Source: a virus. Taken from it: DNA of 64,000 nucleotides. Position 1 is the stretch's first letter, and the number at the start of each line of letters is the position of its first letter. Location: positions 1 to 64,000 of the IMG/VR virus record IMGVR_UViG_3300018080_000009, one strand, 5' to 3'. A program made the translations under genes and the position numbers. The notes under the pieces were generated by a model, which searched no databases, had not been told where the DNA came from, and saw nothing but the letters and a program-made list of their open reading frames with translations. Below, one piece after another: positions 7,612 through 16,243 of the stretch.

Positions 7612-8397
7612 ATGGAAGGTACAGCAAAACCAAATACGAACGATCAAGACCCTAAACTACCAGTATCCCAGCAGGATGGTGGAGCAGGAGACGATCAGAC
7701 ACAGGAGCCGACACAGCAACCGACAAGGCAGCAAGAGCCACCTAAAACACTTTCAGAAGAAGAAATAAATGATCGCGTCTCGAAGGCAAGGGCTGAAGAG
7801 AAATCGAAAGTTCGAGGAAAAATGGATAAGTTGCAGGAAGAGAGAGAAGCTGCGGCTAAGAGAATCCAAGAACTTGAGGAAGAATTGAAGTCCAAGCAAA
7901 CGGATCTGGACAAAGTAAGAAAGGGCGAGAAGAAGGAAACGGAGTCGATTGTTGAGGAGCTTGCCAAACTGCGGGAAGAAAATGTCAAGCTTCATGAAGC
8001 AGTCAAAGTGGTTGCGGAAGATGCTGCTAGAAAGCTCACAGAGTCTGAACTCAAGATGTACCGTGCTGATAAGATACGGGAATCTGGGTTGAAACTCGTC
8101 GAGTTAGTTTCTGGTGAGACTCAGGAGGAGATCGATCAGTCGATTGAAGCTGCTAAGAAGCGTGAAGCTGAGCTCCTGAAAGAAGCTAGGGATGAAGCGC
8201 AGAAAAAAGCAGAAGAAGATCTGAAAAAGACCCTTCCGAAACCATTAGCTCCAGATGGATCTGCAGGTCGTGGGCATTTGGCTACAGGTAGTCAAGAACG
8301 AGAGCAGATCGCTTCCATCAAAGACAAGTCCGAGTATTCAAAACGTCGAGATCTCCTGCTGGCAGACGCATTAGAAAAAGTCGGCCTGGCGAAATAG
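7612..8397 (+). CDS. Capsid scaffolding protein
   Basis: Charged coiled-coil protein directly upstream of the major capsid gene. Confidence 0.8.
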   Translation: MEGTAKPNTNDQDPKLPVSQQDGGAGDDQTQEPTQQPTRQQEPPKTLSEEEINDRVSKARAEEKSKVRGKMDKLQEEREAAAKRIQELEEELKSKQTDLDKVRKGEKKETESIVEELAKLREENVKLHEAVKVVAEDAARKLTESELKMYRADKIRESGLKLVELVSGETQEEIDQSIEAAKKREAELLKEARDEAQKKAEEDLKKTLPKPLAPDGSAGRGHLATGSQEREQIASIKDKSEYSKRRDLLLADALEKVGLAK

Positions 8398-8426
8398 GTC
8401 CCAGGCTCTAGTGCAGGAGGAAAAAG

Positions 8427-9392
8427 ATGACGGCTCTTTATTCCGGTGTATCGACAGCCGGTAGTTTTGTTGGCCTCCCGCAGGCTATTCTCGAAGTGTA
8501 TTCGATGGATATTCTGCACGAGGCGCTTGGGATCATGCGCTTCGAGGAGTTCGCTGTTAAGAAGACTGAATTGGGAAAGACCCCCGGACAGACCATCACA
8601 ATGACCAAGTACAATAACTTGGCACTCGGTGGCCAGCTAGCAGAAGAAGACGAGATGGAAGAGAAGGCTATGTCTGCTTCGCAGAAAGCCATCTCCGTAA
8701 CTGAGTGGGGTAATGCTGTAGGAGTTTCTGAGAAACTTTTGCAGATGTCTACTCTAGATGTTCTGGCCGAAGCCGCGGTGCTTTTGGGTAGGGACTATGC
8801 AACTGTCAACGACAAAATGTGTCAGGATGCATTGTCCGGAGCTGCCCAGGTCATCTATGCGGGTGACAAGTCTTCTCGTGCAGCTATGATTGGTGGAACA
8901 GATTTCTTCGACGTTGAAGTAATTCGTCAGTCGGTGGAGATCTTGCAGACTAAGAATGCGCCAAAGTTCAATGGCGATTTTTACATCTGCTTCCTGCATC
9001 CGCATCAATCGGCATATCTTAAGAGAGATCCCGATTGGGTATCGGCAAATAATTATGCCAACACCCGTGCACTGTTCAACGGTGAGTTAGGTCGATGGGA
9101 AGACGTGATCTTCATCAGTACGACTATGTGCCGTAATGGTGCTGCTGCAACGTCCGATCCTGGATATGATGCCACGATGGCTGGTGCGGCAACAGGTGGT
9201 GTTTCTGCAGCGAATGTGTATGGAGCATACATATTTGCAGACAGTGCATATGGCGTAGCCACAGGTTTGCCGGTCGAAATGCGTGACAGTGGAATCCGGG
9301 ATTATGGTCGTAAACATGGTTTGGCATGGTACGCGATCCGGGGTGCTGCGATTCTTGAGGACGATTTCATCGTCCGAGTGGAGTCCGTGTAG
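8427..9392 (+). CDS. Major capsid protein (N4-gp56-like family)
   Basis: FEEFAVKKTELGKTPGQTI, ICFLHPHQSAYLKRDPDW, GELGRWEDVIFI, DYGRKHGLAWY; position after scaffold. Confidence 0.9.
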   Translation: MTALYSGVSTAGSFVGLPQAILEVYSMDILHEALGIMRFEEFAVKKTELGKTPGQTITMTKYNNLALGGQLAEEDEMEEKAMSASQKAISVTEWGNAVGVSEKLLQMSTLDVLAEAAVLLGRDYATVNDKMCQDALSGAAQVIYAGDKSSRAAMIGGTDFFDVEVIRQSVEILQTKNAPKFNGDFYICFLHPHQSAYLKRDPDWVSANNYANTRALFNGELGRWEDVIFISTTMCRNGAAATSDPGYDATMAGAATGGVSAANVYGAYIFADSAYGVATGLPVEMRDSGIRDYGRKHGLAWYAIRGAAILEDDFIVRVESV

Positions 9393-9439
9393 TTCGCATT
9401 CGTCTGTGGTCATTGATTCGTTTGAAAGGAGGCTAGCCT

Positions 9440-9787
9440 ATGGCTAAGACCACGAAGAAGGCTGCTAAGAAGACTGCTGCAAAAAAACCAGCAGTGAATA
9501 AAAAAGCAGTTGAAAAACCAGAGGATAATGTAGTCGAAAAGCCGAAAGAGGAGATTAAGCCTCCGGTTAAGGTAGAGTCCAAGAAGGAAGTTCGAGAAGT
9601 TCCTGTTCCAGATCCTACATTGCAGACAGTTACGGCTGGTCAGGTAGTGAGGAAGATGGAAACCGCAGTAGCTTTGAAAACTACGAGAAAGTTTCTCGGA
9701 GCTTGGTACAATCTTAAAGCCGGAGAAGAGGTTACAGCTCCCAAGGAGGTTATCGATACGCTGAGACGTGGTGAATTCGTAAAATAG
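9440..9787 (+). CDS. Hypothetical virion-module protein with Lys/Ala-rich N-terminus
   Basis: AAGGAGG SD; follows the capsid gene. Confidence 0.7.
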   Translation: MAKTTKKAAKKTAAKKPAVNKKAVEKPEDNVVEKPKEEIKPPVKVESKKEVREVPVPDPTLQTVTAGQVVRKMETAVALKTTRKFLGAWYNLKAGEEVTAPKEVIDTLRRGEFVK

Positions 9788-9796
9788 GAGTAGTCG

Positions 9797-10570
9797 ATGG
9801 CAACTTTAGATGAGGTTAGGAATAAGGTCCGCAGAAAAGTCTTTGACTACGATGCGCCTCAAATCCTGATCGATGAGTACTACAACGATGCCATCGAATT
9901 TGCTCTGGGCAAGCTGAATAACGATTTCAATGAGACATATGCAGATGTTCCTTCCGTCTCTACGAATCATCTTTTTTTATTAGTTAAGCTAGCAGCCATT
10001 GAAGTATGTTTTCTTCGGGCTGCTAGGCTAGCTAATGCAGATGATGCGGGAGAAGGTACAGGAGACATTACCTCGATTTCAGTTCCTGACTTAACAGTTT
10101 CAGAAGATGGAGAAGGTGAAGCTGAATCCGGTGCAGCTTTCTGGATGGAGTATGCGAATACTTTACAGGAAGAATACGATGGAGAAGTGGCCAACAGTGG
10201 TCCGGGAGTCATGGGGGATATTGCTCAAGGGCATATCCACATTCAGTCTTTGACTAATGGAGGTATTGCACGGAGGAAGTTGGATCCAGGCCCAGATTCT
10301 ATAGCTGCGTCAGTTACTGTTATAGGCAGCGATGTCTTGGTTGAATGGCCTATTGCATATTACGATTACTTCCAGAGGTACGAAGTTACTCGTGGACAGC
10401 AATCTAATTTGTCTGATGGTGAAGTTGTTTATCAAGAAGGTGATAATCAAGTTCATGAGTGGACAGATGAAGATCGTCCGGCAGGTACTTGGTATTATGG
10501 TGTGAAAGTCGTTAATATGAACGATCTTGAGTCGGCTTTTGGAACTATTGCACCTGCGGTGGTGACATAA
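9797..10570 (+). CDS. Putative head-tail adaptor with C-terminal FN3-like domain
   Basis: Position; helical N-terminus; C-terminal VEW...RYEVTR...WTD...GTWYYGVKVVN...ES is FN3-like. Confidence 0.6.
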   Translation: MATLDEVRNKVRRKVFDYDAPQILIDEYYNDAIEFALGKLNNDFNETYADVPSVSTNHLFLLVKLAAIEVCFLRAARLANADDAGEGTGDITSISVPDLTVSEDGEGEAESGAAFWMEYANTLQEEYDGEVANSGPGVMGDIAQGHIHIQSLTNGGIARRKLDPGPDSIAASVTVIGSDVLVEWPIAYYDYFQRYEVTRGQQSNLSDGEVVYQEGDNQVHEWTDEDRPAGTWYYGVKVVNMNDLESAFGTIAPAVVT

Positions 10571-10989
10571 TGCTGACTGAGACTACCGTCCAGAATAAAG
10601 TTGATTCTGTAATACGGCAGTATAAGACTACGCCTATCAAGTACTACCCGTATGCGTCTGGTGCAGTTGATGTTTTCAAGCAGAGAATAAAGACGTTTGG
10701 CACTCCTGTTACTTTGGTAGGACGTGCAATACATCGACCAACGCCTGAACAGATTACGGTTATTGGTGATGGCGAAGAGTACGATATTGCTTTTTTGTTC
10801 AGTAAAATTGAAATGGATTTAAAGTTTCCATCGGCTACAGATGGTGAGTGGATAGACACTTACGGTCAAATGGAATGGAGAGATCGACGATATAAGATTG
10901 AGAAGGTGGCCCCCACGGGTCAAGTTGGTACGACATTTTCGATGGTTGTTGCTTTAGCAAACACTATTCCGGGACAGAGAGATCCGTAA
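10570..10989 (+). CDS. Putative head closure/stopper protein
   Basis: Size, position and beta-rich C-terminus (EWRDRRYKIEKV). Confidence 0.55.
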   Translation: MLTETTVQNKVDSVIRQYKTTPIKYYPYASGAVDVFKQRIKTFGTPVTLVGRAIHRPTPEQITVIGDGEEYDIAFLFSKIEMDLKFPSATDGEWIDTYGQMEWRDRRYKIEKVAPTGQVGTTFSMVVALANTIPGQRDP

Positions 10990-11459
10990 TGGGTGTTGAA
11001 CTATATGGTGATTGGGGAAAGTGGGATCGTTGGGCTAAAGACCGTATAAATGGAATTACGGATCAGAAGAAACTGAAGTCAGCTATGCTAAGTGTAGGAC
11101 AGAGGATACAGAACAAGATTCAGAACCATATTGACAAGCAAGACTTGGGTTGGGTTCCTTTGTCTCCGGCTACTGTACGTAAAAAGGGTTCGACTCAGAT
11201 TTACGTCGAGACTGGGGAGTATCGAAATAGCATAAAGACTGTAGTTGAAGAAAGTGGTCCAGATTCCTGGGAATTGATTGTTAAGCCCGAGGGTACACAT
11301 ATGTCTTCGGGATTAGACATGCAGGTTTTGGGAAGATTTCTCGAGTATGGTACTTCGAAGATGCCAGCAAGGCCATTATGGAGACCGGTTTCGGCTGAGG
11401 TAGAGAGAATGTCAATGAAACAGCTTATTAAGGCTATGGAAAAGGCGTACAGGTTCTAA
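10989..11459 (+). CDS. Neck/tail completion protein (HK97 gp10/Mu gpG-like)
   Basis: WVPLSPAT, ETGEYRNSI, LEYGTSKMPARPLWRP motifs. Confidence 0.8.
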   Translation: MGVELYGDWGKWDRWAKDRINGITDQKKLKSAMLSVGQRIQNKIQNHIDKQDLGWVPLSPATVRKKGSTQIYVETGEYRNSIKTVVEESGPDSWELIVKPEGTHMSSGLDMQVLGRFLEYGTSKMPARPLWRPVSAEVERMSMKQLIKAMEKAYRF

Positions 11460-12148
11460 TGACTTTTGCTGTGAACATACTCAAAGTTGATGAAGCTCTT
11501 GTAGCTAGATACTCGGGTATGACTATTGGTGGAACTGCAGTAGAAGTATTCATTGAAGATCCTGATCCAGAAGAATATCCTGAAAGAGTTTTTCCGTCGA
11601 TTTCTATTCAGCTGATAGGTATGCCTGCGGCACCAGAACAATTAGATACCGATGATGATGTTCCCGAAGAGGTAGCTTGGCATCCTAGTCCGACTACTCC
11701 GATACGTGACATGAAAGATCCTCCAAGACCGTATAGATTGCTTTATTCCATTGATACTTGGAACAGACAGCTTGTTTCCAGATCACGCGATTTCCTTATG
11801 GAAGCTATGGTGGCTCGTACTCCAATTAATGGCTATTTAACTGTGGAGAATGTAGATGGAGAGAATGTAGATCTCTGGTGTTTTGCTAGAGGTGATGTTC
11901 TTCCTGTAAAAGAGAAGTCGGCTGATGATATTGTTTATCATGGCTCAAGAACGATTGAAGTATGGGCGTATCTTGACTCCGGCCAGTCTATTGTGGAAGA
12001 AAAGGCCACAGTAGAAATGGAGTGGGGTTCGTATGTTCATACAATGATCCCAGATCCCGACAATCCTGGTCAGGTTATTCCGGAAGTTGGTGGAGATAAG
12101 CTGGACATTAGGTTTGTAATAACGGAAGATGGGGTAGTGGTAGTTTAA
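11459..12148 (+). CDS. Putative tail terminator
   Basis: Directly upstream of sheath; FPSISI motif. Confidence 0.55.
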   Translation: MTFAVNILKVDEALVARYSGMTIGGTAVEVFIEDPDPEEYPERVFPSISIQLIGMPAAPEQLDTDDDVPEEVAWHPSPTTPIRDMKDPPRPYRLLYSIDTWNRQLVSRSRDFLMEAMVARTPINGYLTVENVDGENVDLWCFARGDVLPVKEKSADDIVYHGSRTIEVWAYLDSGQSIVEEKATVEMEWGSYVHTMIPDPDNPGQVIPEVGGDKLDIRFVITEDGVVVV

Positions 12149-12229
12149 ACGATGTGGCACCTCGAAGACATGCATCGATTTTATGAGGGGAGGCCATAAG
12201 ATGCGCATGAGGCGCAGGAGGAAAGGAAG

Positions 12230-14686
12230 ATGACGATATACGCTCTCCCTGATGTATATGCGAATGAGGTTTCCACTACGGAAGGTCCTGTTCTCCCGGC
12301 CCAGCTAGGTATCGGTCTTTTGCAAGCAGTTACGCAGAAGGGACCGATTGGGGTTCCGGTTCGTACCAGGAACTTCTCGGCTTGGAAAAAGGTCTTCGGT
12401 GAGAGAGAAGCAGTAGCTCGTGGTGACGCAGCATATGAAGCCGAACAGTTCTTTGCTGAAGGTGGTTTCGAGCTGATCACTGTACGTCAGGCACATTTTG
12501 CAGATTTGACGGACAAGACTTCGTTTACTGGATTGCCTTCCAGTAGAACGATTCTAACAGATGGTGTTGCAGCAACAGCAGCTTCAAAGCAATTGGCTGT
12601 GGGCCCATACAATTTGGAACCTGGAGATAGTTTTGACATTCAGGTAGACAATGATGCTGGTGGAGCTACGACCCCGACATTCAATGCTGCTGCTGGATAT
12701 GTTGATGACACATCTACCTGGCCATTGGCTTCGAGTCAGGTAGGAAAAACTGTTATTATCAATGGTCAAACCGTGGAGTTTGTAGGAACGGCCCAGACTT
12801 TGACTGACGCTATGGACGAGATGAATACCCAGTTGACTGGGTTACAAGTCTTTGACAATGGTAGTGGTCAGATTCGAGTTCGTAATGATATTCGAGGGAC
12901 GTCTGGTACAGTCAGTGCTCCGAGTGGTACAAGTGACATTACTTGGGCTGCACCTACAGCACCGACAGGAAATGTTGCGAATATTGATTTGGTTACGACT
13001 GCTGAGGTTCAAACTATTGTTGAAGGAGCTACGACTCCGGCAGTGACAGTGACTCTCAATGGTGATGGGTCTTGTACAGTCACGTCACCAACAACTGGAA
13101 CCGCGTCAGAATTAGATTTCCAGAGTGCCTTAACACCCTTGGGTATCTCGGTGGAGGTCATCAATGGAACCGCGGCTGGAGCCACGTACAGTACATTGAA
13201 ATTCTGGGCAGGATACCTTGGGAACAAGTCTCCGGGTGAGTATGGGAATGTTCTAAAGACTTTGGTTACCCAGACTCCGAAGTATGAATCCCAAGGAGCT
13301 GGTAGTGACCTGAATTCAGATTACACTGCTGGAGAAATGACTATCGATGTCACGTCTCTGAATGGGATAGAATCGGGTTCCGTTCTGAAGATTTGGGATG
13401 GTACGAATACCGAATATCCAGTAGTGGATACGGTAGCGACGAGTGTTGTTGGAGGTTCAGTAACCTTTACGATTACTTTGGTTGCTGCGATGACCAATTC
13501 GTACACGGCTGCTGCAACACAGATGCAGACCCAAGAATTTAGTGTAGAAGTGTACAATGGGAATGTATCGGTAGAGACTCATGAAGATATGTCCCTGTTG
13601 GATACGGCTGATAACTATTATGTCACCCTGATGAATGATGAAGCCACGGGATCTGAATATCTGTTTGCAGAAGACCTGACTCCGGCAATCGATGTTGGTG
13701 CAAGGCTTCCGGCTGAAGATTCAGCAGCTACGTTGCTTTCCGGTGGTACGGATGAGACTGTAGGATTGGTTGATGCTGACTGGATAGGTGAGTCAACTGG
13801 TGGAACTGGTCTGTATGCTTGGGATAATATCCATGAATTTGCACCTCTAGCAACTCCAGGAAATAATGGGGCAGCTCTGGCACATGCTGCGGCAGAGTAT
13901 TGTCGTTCCAGGATTTTCTATGACTATGTGACCTACTGTGATGAAGGAATGACAAGCACAGAGTGCATTGCTTTCAGGAATACAGTGTTGGGACTCAATT
14001 CCAGCTATGTCTTCCTGTATGCTGGTGGAGAAAAGGTTTATGATCCGAATGGATCAGGATCGAATCCACAGAGGAGCATTTCTGGTGTTGGGGCCATCAT
14101 GGGTCTGATGGGTCGTGTAGATACTCTGCCTTCGCCAAATGGTGGGCCATGGAATGCTCCGGCAGGCGAAGGAGACTACGGTACTCTACGTAATGCACGA
14201 GATGTGGCAACTGAGTACACCGATACGGATCATGGAAACATGAATCTGGCTGGCATCAATGTTATACGTAAATTTGGTCCGACATCTCCAGTGTATGTTT
14301 GGGGCCAAAGGACTCAGTACACTGGTGCTGATAAGAAGTGGGTCGATATACCGGTACGAAGATTCTTCCAGTTTGTTGAGAAGAGCATAATTGATTCGAC
14401 TCGTTGGACAGTATTCAGAAACAATGATTTCCGTCTGTGGGACAAAATCAAAGACAGAGTAGAAGCGTTTTTGAGGGATCTAATGGATGATCGGGCATTC
14501 CCGACAACGGATGCGGCTGCTGCATTTAGTGTGTTGTGTGGTATCACTGATGGTACGATGACTCAGACTGATGTAGATAATCACAAGACAAAGGCCACAG
14601 TTGCATTAGCTCCTCAGAAGCCGAACGAGTTCACGATTTTCGAATTCTCTCAGAAGGAGGGTGTTGCAGAGGTCACCGAGCTTTAA
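12230..14686 (+). CDS. Contractile tail sheath protein with large internal insertions
   Basis: PDVYANE, KGPIGVPV, FFAEGG, WNAPAG, GINVIRKF, VWGQRT, IPVRRFF, LAPQKPNEF. Confidence 0.93.
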   Translation: MTIYALPDVYANEVSTTEGPVLPAQLGIGLLQAVTQKGPIGVPVRTRNFSAWKKVFGEREAVARGDAAYEAEQFFAEGGFELITVRQAHFADLTDKTSFTGLPSSRTILTDGVAATAASKQLAVGPYNLEPGDSFDIQVDNDAGGATTPTFNAAAGYVDDTSTWPLASSQVGKTVIINGQTVEFVGTAQTLTDAMDEMNTQLTGLQVFDNGSGQIRVRNDIRGTSGTVSAPSGTSDITWAAPTAPTGNVANIDLVTTAEVQTIVEGATTPAVTVTLNGDGSCTVTSPTTGTASELDFQSALTPLGISVEVINGTAAGATYSTLKFWAGYLGNKSPGEYGNVLKTLVTQTPKYESQGAGSDLNSDYTAGEMTIDVTSLNGIESGSVLKIWDGTNTEYPVVDTVATSVVGGSVTFTITLVAAMTNSYTAAATQMQTQEFSVEVYNGNVSVETHEDMSLLDTADNYYVTLMNDEATGSEYLFAEDLTPAIDVGARLPAEDSAATLLSGGTDETVGLVDADWIGESTGGTGLYAWDNIHEFAPLATPGNNGAALAHAAAEYCRSRIFYDYVTYCDEGMTSTECIAFRNTVLGLNSSYVFLYAGGEKVYDPNGSGSNPQRSISGVGAIMGLMGRVDTLPSPNGGPWNAPAGEGDYGTLRNARDVATEYTDTDHGNMNLAGINVIRKFGPTSPVYVWGQRTQYTGADKKWVDIPVRRFFQFVEKSIIDSTRWTVFRNNDFRLWDKIKDRVEAFLRDLMDDRAFPTTDAAAAFSVLCGITDGTMTQTDVDNHKTKATVALAPQKPNEFTIFEFSQKEGVAEVTEL

Positions 14687-14706
14687 GCGCGGCCTAGGAG
14701 GAAGAC

Positions 14707-15165
14707 ATGTCTGATATTTATAGAAATTTCAAATACGAAGTCGAAATAAACGGCTTTGTAAGGGCTGGATTCTCCAAGGTCACTGGCCTGAATGAGACAA
14801 CTGAAGTAGTTGAGTATCGTGAAGGTGGTGAGAATGAGACTCCAAGGAAGCTTCCGGGGCAGACCACATATGACAACATTGTTCTAGAGAGAGGTATGTC
14901 CAATGATTCTGACTTCATTAATTGGCGTAAGCAGATTTTTGATGTCGATCAAGCTGAGGGTAATCAGGGAAATGATGAGTTCCGCAAAACGGTAACCATT
15001 TACCTGAAGAATAAAGCAGGAACACGTGTCAAAAAGTGGGTTGTTAAGAAGGCATGGCCGGCAGAGAAGGGAAATCCTGATCTAGATGCTATGGCCAACG
15101 ATCCAGCCATTGAGACACTGACTCTAGCTCATGAGGGAATCAAAGAGAGTACACTCGCAGGCTAG
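14707..15165 (+). CDS. Tail tube protein (T4 gp19/Afp1-like)
   Basis: FKYEVEING, GFSKVTGL, EYREGG, KLPG, LERG, AWP, IETLTLAHEG. Confidence 0.92.
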   Translation: MSDIYRNFKYEVEINGFVRAGFSKVTGLNETTEVVEYREGGENETPRKLPGQTTYDNIVLERGMSNDSDFINWRKQIFDVDQAEGNQGNDEFRKTVTIYLKNKAGTRVKKWVVKKAWPAEKGNPDLDAMANDPAIETLTLAHEGIKESTLAG

Positions 15166-15222
15166 TAGATTCAGTTATTGACACGTTTAGTCATTGTTGA
15201 AGACATAACAGGAGAAAAAGCA

Positions 15223-16095
15223 ATGAAAGAATCTGATCAAATTCCACAAATTGAGGAAGAAGTAGTTACGCCACCGCCTCCTTTAGAAGAGAAGGTGGAA
15301 GCAGAAGAGTACGAGCCTGATGAGAACGTACGTCTTCCGGTGGGAATTCCCGTAGACGGTCAAAGATACCGTAATGTCCTGATAGAGGAGATGTCAGGTA
15401 TTGATGATCATCTGGTTTCGAGCAAGAAATCTGGAAACAATGGGGCAAAGGCTATGACTCTGGTTCTGTCTCGATGTATGCAGGCAGTAGAAGGCTATTT
15501 AGAGCAGAAGAAAGATCCAGAAAAGATGTTTGATAGGAATATCCCCAGGATAATGACTCAACCGGATCGTGATTTCCTGATTACTCGTATCCACATGCTA
15601 GCAGAACGGGATGAGGGAATCATGGCCGGTGAGTGTCCTAGATGCCAACGTGTTTGGGAAGAACCTGTCAAGCTGTCTAAGCTTCCGGTCGTAGAATGGC
15701 CTGATGACAAGCCTTTGGAAATAGAATTCGAGCTGGAAAAGGGATCTTTAGAGATTGTAAAAGGCCAGAGGGTTTATCACAAAAAGGGAGTTTTGAGATT
15801 TCCTACGGGTAAAGAGCAGGAGCTTGTTGCCCAGCTATCCACTGTTGCTGAGGCTACTGATTCGATGTTGGCTGCTTGTATTACCAAGCTAGGAACATTG
15901 GAGAATGTAGATACGGAGGTAGTAAAGAGATTCAAGACAAGGGATCGAAAGAAGTTGATGACAATAATCCAGAGAGAGTTACCTGGCATACGTCAATGGA
16001 AGAGTGTAAAATGTCAGTGTGGACGTGAGTTTGACATAGTGTTGGATTTAGCAGCTTTTTTCGAAGGACGGCGGAGCAAAACGATAAAATACTAA
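15223..16095 (+). CDS. Tail assembly chaperone (short 'G' form)
   Basis: Between tube and tape measure; LPVG, DRDFL, CPRC and CQCG; GGAG SD favours ATG 15223. Confidence 0.75.
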   Translation: MKESDQIPQIEEEVVTPPPPLEEKVEAEEYEPDENVRLPVGIPVDGQRYRNVLIEEMSGIDDHLVSSKKSGNNGAKAMTLVLSRCMQAVEGYLEQKKDPEKMFDRNIPRIMTQPDRDFLITRIHMLAERDEGIMAGECPRCQRVWEEPVKLSKLPVVEWPDDKPLEIEFELEKGSLEIVKGQRVYHKKGVLRFPTGKEQELVAQLSTVAEATDSMLAACITKLGTLENVDTEVVKRFKTRDRKKLMTIIQRELPGIRQWKSVKCQCGREFDIVLDLAAFFEGRRSKTIKY

Positions 16096-16241
16096 GGAAC
16101 CTAGTCGAGCATTGTCATCATTTGGCTCTTTACTATGGTTGGACAGAATCTGAGACGCTTCGCCTTCCTACTAGACGGAGACTTGAATATGTGGAATTGG
16201 TTAATGAGCATGTTCGGGTGTTGAATAAGGGAGGGCAATAG
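16056..16241 (+). CDS. -1 frameshift extension of the tail assembly chaperone ('GT' form)
   Basis: Slippery T TTT TTC at 16056-16062; -1 frame is open to TAG 16239-16241 and encodes ...HLALYYGWTESETLRLPTRRRLEYVE...; no ATG in that frame. Confidence 0.75.
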   Translation, partial: FFRRTAEQNDKILRNLVEHCHHLALYYGWTESETLRLPTRRRLEYVELVNEHVRVLNKGGQ

Positions 16242-16243
16242 TT

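Noticed and set aside
12150-12229. Short hairpins in the sheath leader
   Set aside because: Stems of only 4-5 bp; not distinguishable from chance.
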